A DNA stretch of 63,993 bases, the filler included, from Bigelowiella natans CCMP2755 (Eukaryota > Protista > Cercozoa): assembly GCA_000320545.1 (NCBI GenBank). It is 7 parts of 7 records of this genome, joined end to end, with 100 filler letters (N's around TTAATTAATTAA, not from the genome) between each part and the next. Parts side by side here need not be neighbours in the genome. Positions count along the whole stretch, not along the records: positions 1 to 23,761 come from ADNK01001674.1; 6 more parts are not named here. One strand, given 5' to 3'. A program made the translations under genes and the position numbers. A model generated the notes under the pieces. It was not told the DNA's origin and did not search any database. It was given only the letters and a program-made list of their open reading frames with translations. Positions 1 to 12,428 of this stretch are shown here, one piece after another (the stretch's first letter is position 1; each line of letters starts with the position of its first letter).

Positions 1-213
1 GTGTTTTTTTTTCTGCACTCGTAGAGTGTGTGTGAGAGCGCGGGCCCCCCCTTTCTCCCCCCGAAAGCCTTATAACAACACACACAAATTTTTCATATAT
101 ATGGGCCCGCTTTATACACAACGAACGCGGGGGGGTGCCCCCCTCCCATTTTTTTCCCCCCATAGCGCGCACCTTTTTTCCGCTCTCTCTCTCTCTCTCC
201 CGCGCGCTCTCTC

Positions 214-249
<36 letters not shown>

Positions 250-585
250 TTTCCTCTTCTACATATGTATGAAATTAATTTTGACTTAATATAACTCTGC
301 ATTGCATATCTCTTATTGAATTGCATTCTGTAAAGACGTTCAGGAAATTACAAGAACCCCCACAATGCCCCACAGCTACCTGTGTATGACTTGATATTTG
401 GCAGAGATCATTGAGCTTCTTCGCGCTCTTGAGTACCTACCCCATGCGATTGTAATATGGGCAGGATAGATAGTCTTTTCCACGTGCCAAAGTAATAACG
501 CAATGCAACCGACACTTCTAGCGCGTAGTAAGGAGTACAGGAGAAGAAAAAGAGAGGTGGGAGGGAGGGATAGGGGGAGGGGGGG

Positions 586-621
<36 letters not shown>

Positions 622-625
<4 letters not shown>

Positions 626-962
626 AACCTCGTCGTTTTCCGAGTACAGAACCCCGCACCGCAGCCCACTCGAACAAAAGTCCTGCATAAAACCGGTCTC
701 AATTTATATCTAAACGATACGTGTTTCATCAAGCATTCCGCCGTCGATATGCTGTACACGGCGCTGCAACGAAAGCGCGTGAGAAACGCATGGTCTTATT
801 TATGCGATCATCGTGCATTGCTTGTCGCATGGCTGAAAAAGGCGTATTGCTGCTTGCGCTGTGGCTACTTACTACCTTGGAAAGCGCGTATACCATATGG
901 ACCTTATCGCCAATGCTCTTACCTTTGATTTGGATTATATTAGTTTGAAAAAAACAAAAAAG

Positions 963-1018
<56 letters not shown>

Positions 1019-1253
1019 TACAGCGAGAGAGAGGTGAATAGAGAAGAGATGTGCATATAAATGCCATATGAGAACTCACCTTTCTCGGCAGCTATGCGCG
1101 ATATGCTCCAGAAGTCAGCTTCGGAGGAATGAATTCCTGCAACATCAGCAAGCATTAGAGGGCGGGGGGGGGGAGGGGCACAAAACTCGCCAGATTTTCC
1201 CAACACAAGGACACACAGCACACATATGCTCACAGAGAGAAATAGAGAGAGCG

Positions 1254-1303
<50 letters not shown>

Positions 1304-1625
1304 GTTATTCTTGCATTGGGAGGCTGCATGACCTGCTGCGTAGATCTCATCCGAAACAACATGCATATCATGCGCTTCAGCCCACTCCCAGGCCTATTTA
1401 TCAACAGAAAGGAGACGCTCAGGTGGGGGGTAAAATTTTTAATAATGCGAGTCTTAGAGCAACGTAGATTGTACCTCTTCCATGACATGTTTTGGGAAGC
1501 AAACCTAGGGAAATACAACCCCAAAGTTAAAAGAGAGAGAGCAAGAGTTTCGTAGTACCTTTCCGTCACCGATTGCGTATTTGTATATTCTCTTCATCTC
1601 TCTCTCTCTCTCCCTCTCTCTCTCT

Positions 1626-1666
<41 letters not shown>

Positions 1667-1758
1667 ATCAACAATTTGAGTAGCATAATCAATCATTTTG
1701 ATTTTCCTGAAGCTCTTCCGTGCGGAAATGATCGCGCGTCGCGCGCGTATGTGAGTGT

Positions 1759-1789
<31 letters not shown>

Positions 1790-1872
1790 GCATGTTGATG
1801 ATGGCAACTCACAGCGAGAGGATTCGATGGCTGGCAGAGAAGAAGGACCTGAACCAAATTAACAAAAAATAG
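622..1872 (+). CDS. Hypothetical multi-exon protein (fragments only)
   Basis: Protein-like segments lie between microsatellite introns: DNLVVFRVQNPAPQ, GCMTCCVDLIRNNMHIMRF, RVLEQRRLYLFHDMFWEANLGK and MATHSERIRWLAEKKDLNQINKK-stop. No family recognised. Confidence 0.3.
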
Positions 1873-1989
1873 ATTCAGAGTCAAAGCTAAGTTACTGCTG
1901 CAGTCTTACGACATCATGCATGGATTGCCTCAATTGTCATGATTTTAAAGACAAAATCTTGGTTGAAATAATGTAGATGTTTGCTGCTC

Positions 1990-2177
1990 GACGTCGTACT
2001 ACCTTCGGTCGTAACCCTGCGTCGATAGCCTTCTTTCTTGCCGCTTCTAACTTGTCCACCGTCGGGTAATATCTACGATTGCGAAGGAAACGTATCGAGA
2101 CAATGTATTCAGAACGACTTATGTTTTATTATTTTCGACAAAAAGCAAACTGTACTATCATCGTCGTTATCACCATT

Positions 2178-2210
<33 letters not shown>

Positions 2211-2967
2211 TTCGTAATCATCGTAATTATCATCATCCTCATTCGCACGGTTCTAAGATGGTGTGATGATAGACATGCAATACACAATATAACAATATAT
2301 ATAATATATATAGTGTATTGCTGTGTCTATTATTGTGTCAGGTGGGCGAAGGCAAGGCAATTCAATAGTAAATTTTACTTCTCTGGCCAGGCTTTTGACT
2401 CGGACCCCGTCGCTACATATACAGTAGGCACACAGACGATGTTATAAGAAACCACACATGTCCCCCCATCGAGGCCTCTCTTCATCTTCTTATCTTCGCT
2501 GTTCTTATTGTTCTCCATGACATCAGAAAACAAACGCCAGGCTTTTGGAATCGCTCTACCCGTATCGACGCCAAACACCTTCGCTTGAACCTTGGCTTGA
2601 ATGTCAAACTCGAAAGCCTTTACATAAGGAAATGGGGAACCAGTAGAAATCAACTTGCGACGGTATTCATGCCCTCCATTGGGCAAAACCAAACAGTATG
2701 CGAGGGTCGTTTCACATGCTGGTATTACTACCACTATTACTACTACTGTTACTACTACTGTTACTACTACTGTCATTGTTATTAACACTACTAATTATAC
2801 CGCATAGTATGGCCTTGGAAGCAACACTGCGTCACGTGGATCTGTTTACATGCGATTGGCAAACGCACGTATAGCACCGGAGATTATGAGTTGGGAATAG
2901 GAGGAGGATTATTAGTAATACTGCTTAAATCGAGAAATGCGAGTAGTTGTATTCGCGCGCGCGCGCG

Positions 2968-3011
<44 letters not shown>

Positions 3012-3042
3012 TACACACACGCACGCATCCAAACAGAAAGAC

Positions 3043-3114
<72 letters not shown>

Positions 3115-4968
3115 CCTTACCAGTTATGCAGAGGAAGATATTATCAATAACAGCATTGCATCCAGCAGCCGCAATCTGATAACCCACATCACCCCCCCAC
3201 CACCCCCGAGACAAACAAAGCAAACAGACACACAGTCAGTAGTCATCATCGCCATAAACTCACCATACGTGTACATTATACGTTCCCGCTTTTTCCAAGA
3301 AAGCAGGCTCTAATGCCGCAATCACGCAAAGTACAACATATACCAAAAAAACACAAAAGAGCTGCTGATCTAGAAATGGGCACAGAGAAAAGCAGCCCCA
3401 GCTATCTACTACCTACCAAATTATCAGAATCGAAAGAGTAAGTTCCTTTGCTGATATGCTCGTTCATGAAATCTGCCCAAAATGACATTTACAATGCCAT
3501 TATATTCGCGAGGATTAAACTCAATAGTAATCTGCTGTGTAACAAGACCGCTAATATACTATATACCAAATATGCAGTTGAGTCGTCTAATAAAATATTA
3601 GCACTTCAAAATAACACACCGGCAAGAGCGCTGCACAGCTCTGGCTGTCCCTTCGTTGGCTGTTATACGTTGCATTAGTTGATCCATTCAATGAGGGGGG
3701 TAGGGGCGGGTGTTTTGGAAGAGACTCTAGCTGTTGCTCCTGATGGCTGCTACCATCGTTCTTCTTCTCACTGCTACTACCTGATAATATATCAGCTCTG
3801 GGGGAAATCCTTGGAAAGCTTCCTGAGGAGGAAAAGTAGCGGTTTCGGTCGGAAAAAGGATATTAATTAGCTCTTTGGTAGTTTTGGATTTATGATAAAA
3901 AAGGCTACTTGACAACGATTGTTCATCTCCATAATCCTCCCCCTCCACTGCCCCTTCCCTCCTTCTACGCCTGAAACGACTAATACTTGGTATTTCGGAA
4001 GTAGGAGGTCCTCGTTCATCTTGTTCTCAGCGACAGACAGGGACACATGGCCTTTGCGCACAGCAGCAAGTGTTTCTTGTTAATCCGCAGCAAGCGAAGG
4101 AAAAAATATCGATGTTAAAAGAATCAAGAAGTAGCCTCACACATGGCACACCTGAAGGATTTGAGCTCTGGTCAAACGCGGTAATGTTACCTTGTAGTTA
4201 ACAAGATGGTCATGCACGAATAAACGGTACCGAGGTTTTGAAACAGTGCCACAACACCGACACATAAACGCGTATCTCGAATATATACATGTAGATCCGG
4301 CAAGGAACTAACAGTTGGCGAAGACATGATTCGGTGAGTGATACCAGCATCAGAGAGGTACTGGGGCAGAAAGCGAGGTGCCTACGCACATATTGACACA
4401 TCTGTTAATACTTCCTGGCTGAAGTCGATGCGACTATGGATTAGGCATCTGACATCTTCATGCACGCGTAGGTTAAACATGGACTGACCTCAAACCCTCT
4501 TTTCGAGATGACGTGTACGCTTGGATCATAGATATCTTCTAAATGATAACATGCAGTTTCCATCGGCATAATACATCCACAGACACACGTCACAACAACC
4601 ACGCGCGCACTATTGTTAGGATTTCGAAGCTACTTTTGACTTATATCTATGGATTTTATTTTTTTTTTTGTTTTCTATCCTTTAGAGTGGTTAATATCGC
4701 CACCAGTTTGCTGAGTTGAGAACCTCCTGATTCCATGAACATGGAAAGGCAGAGACAGCAGTAGGAAGCATAATCAACTTGTCAAATTCAGCATAGCAAC
4801 CCAAAAAAAGCACTTTACAAACGCAAAGGAAATTCGAAGAACAACAACCGAAGCTTCAACTCTATCTGTGACCTTAATCTCGAGAATTGGCGGGCTATTG
4901 AACGACGCATGTGAAGGGGGGGCAGTGCTTGCTGTCGGCACGTCGACCTCCGAGTTCTCGGTACCCAC
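1990..4968 (-). CDS. Hypothetical multi-exon protein
   Basis: Coding-like exons: GTENSEVDVPTAS (4774-4968), PRFLPQYLSDAGITHRIMSS (~4370), CETTLAYCLVLPNGGHEYRRKLISTGSPFPYVKAFEFDIQAK (2450-2715) and SIRFLRNRRYYPTVDKLEAARKKAIDAG (~2000-2100). The start codon is unresolved. Confidence 0.4.
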
Positions 4969-5500
4969 AGTTTCAAAATTCGGAGTCTATTTTAGAAGAA
5001 ATTTCGTTGTCGTATATTTGAAAAGCGATCCTTTTTTTTAACATTTTATATCAATAAACTATTCGATGCGAAATCTTAACGACGACTCATTTACTTCCAT
5101 GTCGTAGTAAAAACAATGCGGGTTTAGAGTCAACGCTCGCACAGCGACAATGGTCGACCGTTAGGAGTTCGGCTAGAGAGATGTCAATTTTGTATTGGGC
5201 GACTTATGTGCAAGCTATTATTTATGATAAATTCGCATGCATTTTGTCATTTCCGATTTTTTATCTTTTGATTTTTTTAAATTCGTCCTCTGTGCTCCTT
5301 TCGACACGACGGGCCATCATCGACACGCTGCTCCTCTCCCTGCGTCCAATTTGATTGGACAAACTGACTAGGGGTAGGTCGGCTGTGAGATTACTAGCAC
5401 ACCTGTATTAGGCCTAATAGCGGCGCAATCCGTACATGGCACGGGTTCTATATCCCATAATTTCCTTCTGATAATCCCTTTTGTAGCTGCTGCAGCAAGG

Positions 5501-6595
5501 ATGACGTTTACACCATCGAAGGCAGAAGGCAACACGGTCAGGACATATTCTTCGCGGCGGAGGAATAAGCGAACAAGTGCCGCCACGAAACGTGTGCGCC
5601 GATGCTCCGATGGGGACTCAAGCAATGATTCATTCGGTGAGATTAGAGAACATGAAACTAAGGTCAGAACTCTCATCGATAAATGGCGCCTGTGTTGTGT
5701 GAATGCTGCCTATGTAGAGTTATTAATGAATCCCGGCGATTTCGGTCATGAAAGCGGTCGGTGCAGCGTACGCACTAAGGTGGGACACCTTCATTCTCGA
5801 CATTGAATAAAAAGCAGCATTTTTACGTGAGGAGGGATCAACCAGATTCACTGCTTTACCCAATTTTAACTCTTAAGAGCACATCTGTGCCATCCAACTT
5901 CAATTTCACTCTCCATGTATGCTAAACGAGACTACTGGAAACCATTCTTCTTATTCACCTTCCCTCCTCCCCCCCCATCCTCCCACGTCATCTAGAACAT
6001 GAGTGCCAGAAAGAAGCTTCGGCACAAGCCCCCCTCTCTGAATGAATGCGACGAAGACTGGACGGCAGTGATACAGGGGACGGCTGCCTCTAATGAGGAA
6101 AGGCGTCACGCTTTTCATTCACAACTAACGACCCCCCCTGCTGGAGCATCCGTTGTGAAAAGTGTGCGAGAGCTATGTGCAGAGGACATCGTAAACGATG
6201 ACGTTCTCTTCTACCTCATCGATGACGACGAAGATGGAGAGAATAGCCGGCCTAATGACGGCGGGAGGAGGAGGAAGAAGGCGAGATCCAAGAAAGTCCG
6301 CAAAACCGCCCAATTCTCTGCTGATGAAGAAGGTAGCATCCCGAACAAGCGCATCGTGTTCAAACCGACTTCGATTCAGCAAATGCGCCGAACGAATCTT
6401 GAGCAGAAGTCGATGACACAGCTGCTCTTTGATTTGCTTTCCGGGGTCACTAGCAAAAGCCTCGAAGGGGTCAGTGCGCTTCATTGTAAAGCATCAACGT
6501 ACGCGAGCCAAAATAGTTTTGTCAATATCCGTGAGAAAGGCAGTGGTCCCTGATATGCGAAGAGTAGTAACACATGGTGGTGTTCTCGAATGACC

Positions 6596-6628
<33 letters not shown>

Positions 6629-6660
6629 AATGATGATAATGAGCCAAACCATTCGGAAAA

Positions 6661-6699
<39 letters not shown>

Positions 6700-7514
6700 G
6701 GGGCGAACAATTGCTAATCCTCATATGAGCCTTGTTCTTACTGTGCGCTGCTGCAATACGCTTTGGCATTCTATTCTATTCTCTCTTCTCCCAAGGTACT
6801 CAAAACCGTCGCGGCGCTACAAAAACGTACGGAGTCTTTCTTCTTAGTACAAGTGCAGAGAGAAGAAAATTAGAGATAAGAGATAAGAGAAATGGGGGAA
6901 AGGGGGGGGGGGGGGGGGAAGGAGAGAGAATCACGGAAAACCATGGGGTTTTTTAATGTCGCCCAGCTTGTTCAAAATATGAAACACAGAAACACCAGGA
7001 GGTCCTGAACCCCTTCTTTTTAAAAGCTAACAATCTGCAACCCCCCCCCCCCCCCCTCTCCTTTTCTACTCTGCAAAGTCCCTGGGGGACATGAAAAGGG
7101 CCGTCCCTAAGGTAGCAGTGTAAAGGAATCAATAAAACAAATTACACTATAGGGGGAGCGAGAAGCACGAAGGGAGGTGGTGGAAGGACAGTTTTCCAGT
7201 GTCAATGCAAATTTTCGTTGGATCATATTGCTGTCACGTAGCTCATCGCAATGGCACACAGCACGGGGAGATCACGCATGTTTTCGAGTCAAAATGACAA
7301 GTCGTTTTGCATGCTCTCTCCTCCCGGCGACTGAGAAAGAATTGTGGTGATGCTCCATCGTCTTCTTCCATAGGTTGATAAGCGAGCCTTCAAAGCTGTT
7401 TCTCTCGGTATTATGCATCCGTTGGTCTAACCCGATCCTTCCAGCTCCAACTGCACAATTCATCTTGCAGCATGATGATGTGTACAAACACCAGGACTCA
7501 GGAACTACATGCAG

Positions 7515-7561
<47 letters not shown>

Positions 7562-7691
7562 ATGATGATAGGGAAAATTCCTACAGAGGTGGGAGGCCAG
7601 AAAAGGTTAAACACGCTCCACACACACACACACACACATTTATGTATTGACCTTCCTGTAGACTATCTAATCTATACGAGCGTCGAATTCG

Positions 7692-7727
<36 letters not shown>

Positions 7728-7905
7728 GTGTGTGTTTGTGTGTTGTGCGGTGTGTGTGTGTGGGTCGCGCGCGCACAGCTACAACAAACAAAGGCAATAT
7801 GTATTCAGTGACTTCGATATTCTCTTGAAATTAGAGGGCGTTTCCTTGCGAAAGCGACAAAGCAGCTGTCAATGACTCTTAACCACCTTCTCGCTGTTTC
7901 AGCTG

Positions 7906-7939
<34 letters not shown>

Positions 7940-8002
7940 GGATGGCTGGTGATGATGGGATATATACCCTATCTGATCATCAAGTAAAGCAATGCCTCAC
8001 AT

Positions 8003-8050
<48 letters not shown>

Positions 8051-8070
8051 CTCTCAAATATGTATATAAT

Positions 8071-8119
<49 letters not shown>

Positions 8120-8545
8120 GTAAATTTTTATGCTTCTTAGATCCGAATAAGCGTAACGAAGATGGTTTGAGCGCTCTTTACCTCGCTATCCATTACCGCA
8201 ATGGGGAGAATCTGTTACGAGATATGCTAGAGAAAGGTGATCATGAGAATGAAGATTGCGACGAAGGCGATAAGTCTAGTTGTGAGGAGGACAAACACCT
8301 TTTAATATAGCTGCAAATGGCATGAAATCATTCATCATCATTTCGAGCAAGGAACGACGATATACATATGAAGAAGTGACTCGATATCAGTGGTTTCCAG
8401 GACACCATTGAAAGAGCTTCCTCCATGTTCATGTCCGCTATTGCTGCTGTGTATTCTTCATCAGGCGCAAAGTCAAATGTTCGTGTTTTTGGAAAGTCCT
8501 TGGTAGGTAGCGGCCTCGAGACTAGTCTTCTCCCTCTAATAGCAA

Positions 8546-8589
<44 letters not shown>

Positions 8590-9180
8590 TCCGCTTCCTC
8601 CCTGCCACCGGATTATTTTCTTGATTTGCGACAACGTTTTTTTGCTTTGTCGCAATGATAATGTAATGGCAGTGATGATATGACGATTCCTCGCGGCGGG
8701 GAAGAGTCCTGGAGAAGCATGCACTATCATTGCATTGGGAAGGGGGGGATGGGGGGGTGGCATTCATCGGGGCACAAACAGGCCTTTAGAATCCTAGATT
8801 CATTGGTGTTCTTTGTTAATATCAGCTTGAGCGATCCATGACCCTCGGTAGCTCTGGTTGCGCAAAGCTTCTTTTGGAAAATGGGGTATGGGATATGTCA
8901 CCGTTGCTCTCTTTGCGACAAGAACGATTCGCTTCACTGAATTGAATCACGCTCTCCTCCCCGTTTTTAACCGTGCTTGTTCCTCGCGAATACAATGCCG
9001 CTACGTGTGATTCCTCCCGCCGCGTTTGCAAACTCACGCGGTGACTTGCGAATGTGTGGTTCTTTTCCAGGCTTTGCCGCAACAGGAAGCAAGTGCCGGT
9101 ATATCAAATTCGTTAGGCTGAGCTTTGTAGTCCCTCTCTCCCCCCATGCCTCTCTATCTCTTTGTTTCTCCCCTCAGAAA

Positions 9181-9215
<35 letters not shown>

Positions 9216-9446
9216 GCACACGCACACGCACACACGCACACGCACGCCATTGTTACCGCGATCAGGACATTCTCTGCCAAGGCTGGTGGACTTTGCGGCA
9301 ACCTACGATTTCCTCCCTCAAGCACAGGAGAAGCTCAGGAAGAAACTCTTGGATCTTAGCACTGGTAATATCTACAGTTACGTACACACACACACACACA
9401 CACACACATACGCACGCACACACAAATATTGTATATAATATATATG

Positions 9447-9485
<39 letters not shown>

Positions 9486-10259
9486 ATTTGTGCGCGTTCT
9501 TGCGTGCATTCACTTTCATTTGCTTCTTCCCCTCACTCATCAGCGGGCAATGAAAGCGACTACAAGTCGGAGCTGCGTGTGATTCTTTCTCACATCGATT
9601 CAGTAGAGTTTTCAGGTATGTTATCGATGAAGAACACCCCCTTACACGCACAGAGAGACATATATAGATATAGATGTATACATATATTTATTTATTTGTC
9701 TATAATAAACATAATAATGCTTTGAAACCGTTAATTTCGAGTTTTAGCATCACCAACGAATGGTAGCAATAGAATCTAGCTGACGCGCTGACCGTGCTAT
9801 TACCACTCAGACGACGAAGGCTTTTCCCCTCTCTTCCGGGCTGTGAAATCAGGTAGAATCGTCGTGCTCATCATGTGCATCGAATGGGTAGCATGTTGCG
9901 AGGTCCCCCGGTAGTAGCGCTCGACGATTGAACGATTGCTGTTCGTGCTCCCCTGCCTTATGTCGCGTTATTCTTTTCGCGTGACAAAGACACGGGTATT
10001 ACGCTAGGAAGAAAATCGCGGCTAGAAATCGCGAATCGGTAATTTGATACGTGCACATTCTTGTCGCTTTGTTTGTTTGCACACGGCGACAGGACACAGC
10101 GTGCTCGTTGTCCGCAGTCTTCTGGAGGCAAAGGTAGCAGCAGCTGCAATGTCCACAAGTTTATTCACTAGGGTTGTTCGCTCTCTTGTAGGAAAACAAT
10201 TTATAAAAAGAAGCAGTAGCAGCTCGCTCTATGTTCTATCCGAAGCATGCATGCAATGA
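5501..10259 (+). CDS. Ankyrin-repeat protein with a disordered basic/acidic N-terminus (multi-exon)
   Basis: Ankyrin-like exons DPNKRNEDGLSALYLAIHYRNGENLLRDMLEKG (~8140-8235), DDEGFSPLFRAVKSGRIVVLIMCIEW (~9810-9890) and GHSVLVVRSLLEAK (~10090-10132), with GT/AG flanks. N-terminal exons at 5501-5661 and 5996-6469. The complete splice path is not resolved. Confidence 0.65.
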
Positions 10260-10312
10260 GCGCGGTTGTCTCTAGAACACTGAAAAGAAGCCATTTCTGA
10301 ATGGGTAACAGG

Positions 10313-10900
10313 CTAATCCGAACCGAAGGAGCTCCAATCAAACCTCGATGGCTGTGTACCCTCTACTGCGTGCAGCTGTGAGGAGGGAGCAGGCGCGCGA
10401 CGTCTTGAAACTGCTAATACGCTTCGGACTCGATGGTAGCATCGCGCTTCCAACACAGAGAAAAGATTTTTCGTAGACCATATCGATCGTTCCCTGGCCC
10501 CCTTTTTCTCTCCCTCTCTCTCACCCTCTCCCTCCCCCTCTCCCTCTCTTTCCAGTCCTCTAAGTATGTGCACACGTCCATGTGTCTCATTCTCTGATGA
10601 AAGAGGTGTTGATGATGTGACAGTGAATGGCCGCATTGATGATGGGGAGGATACGGTCAAGGACTTCGCTCAGGAAGTTATACCCAATAGCATCATTGTG
10701 CATTTACTTGAATAAGTATTAAAATAGCATGTACGTGTATTTGACACATTGTTCATTCATTAAGTTACAATTGAAACTTCTTCCACATCCTCCGCCATTC
10801 CCGTCTTCAGGTTGCGCCAGAGATCGTTGATGACCTTCTTTGAGGTGAGAAAATTCACGCACAAAATTGCGTCAGAGGAGACTGGTGTCGTTCTTTATTT
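10313..10900 (-). CDS. Possible small hypothetical protein (exon fragments)
   Basis: Coding-like stretches FLTSKKVINDLWRNLKTGMAEDVEE and DAIGYNFLSEVLDRILPIINAAIHCH. No family recognised. Confidence 0.25.
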
Positions 10901-11089
10901 GTTACAGCTCGGAGAATCGAATGCCTTCCTAGAAATCTTCGGAAAAATAGGACAAGTTACAGCAAACTACTGAAGCTGTTCATGCTTTATTATTGATCAC
11001 AAATGGGGGCACTGATCTGCATTTCAATTTTCTTGTTGAAATCCACTGAAACTGGGTGTAGGAAATTCTCACCACAGCATCTAGCTAGC

Positions 11090-12130
11090 TAGTCCATGTC
11101 TAGATGTGTAGCAGTGTGACACTTGCATGTGTCAAAAAAGACACGTGTCTGTTGCATGCATGAGAGACACTTGCCTGTCATTGTCTAGATGTGTCAGCAC
11201 ATTCGTGATCATGACTAGATGTGCAGATTGAAAAATGATGCGGTGCGCTGCCATGCGTACAAACTAGCAAAGTTTAGATGCCGTGCACACAATCTGGTAA
11301 TGCAAACGCACTGCATGATTATCACCCAGCTTGTAGGACACACGATGGCTACTTGCCAAGATCAGCATGTATTTGGCCGGGCTAGCGGGGAAAATGAAAG
11401 TCGAGACAGATGTCGCGATGAATTGTTGATAAATCTACACGTGCGGCGCGAGCCATCATTTTTCTCAATTTGAGGACTTTCTAGCTTTCCAGTTGTTCAT
11501 GCAAAATGGTTGGCACCCCTCTAGCCCTCAGAAAACTCTCGATGAAAGTTCTCGATGAATCAAAAGCTTTCAGAATTTGCAAAGCAAATTGAAGTTGGAT
11601 CGAAACTTTTTGAGTCAGCTAGTCAGGTCACTTTTTCGGATGCCCAATGCAAAAGTGTGACCGAGAGTTGACCGGGCTAGCAGGTTTTGCAGTCTAGTAG
11701 TGTGAAACTTCTGAACAATTTGTTTTCTTCTCAACATCCGGACATGTCCTGATGTGTGAATATGCGCTGAACATGACAAATGAGCAGCGGTTGTGGCTGG
11801 CCGCGCCAGCACACAGCAGCCATGCTAGCATGTCACCATGTGATGATGCTGTGACACTCACAGGTGTAGCGATTGCTCGGCGCCCATCGTTGATCACTGA
11901 CTCATGGACCAGTCTAGCGGTGCGCTGCAAAATGTCAGCACACATGCATCAACAACATGCGCATTCTGGGCAGCTGTGAGCAAAACTCAGTCAACTTGGT
12001 CGGCAACGACGCACGCAATTTGCGCATGTATCGCCCACGTTATCGTGCCCCCTTCTAGCCTTGCGAAAAATTGACTTGCACATGTCCACAAAACATCTGC
12101 ATCCAAAAACACATTGTGCATCGACCCGTG
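11090..12130. repeat. Decayed dispersed repeat, CpG-depleted patch A
   Basis: 11347-11450 aligns with the reverse complement of ~30680-30784 (ggctacttgccaagatcagcatgta...gaaagtcgaga...gtcgcgatgaattgttgat). The patch is visibly TG/CA/CTAG-rich and CG-poor. Confidence 0.7.
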
Positions 12131-12428
12131 TGTTCTAGTGTTTGCTCGTTTGCTCTAGTGCTGCAGAATTCAAAACCAACCATTGATTTGACGATGCGAC
12201 AAGATGACGTGAACACGTTGACATCAAGCAATCTAGCAATTCACAAACACTTGCAACCTTCACGTTCTTGACTGCAGTTGGGAGGGAAGTTGTTGAATTT
12301 TCTGATTTTTTCGTTGATGGGGCTGCCGACTGAGAGAATCTTGGGCTGGTTGAACTTTGTGCTTCGCACAGGGAGGCTTTTTGTTTTGCACTTGCAGAAA
12401 AGGCTTTCGACGTCGTTGCTCCAACCAT

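Noticed and set aside
5501-6470. WAPL-like hints (VRTYSSRR, FDLLSGV)
   Set aside because: The matches are too short, and the downstream exons are ankyrin repeats rather than a WAPL domain.
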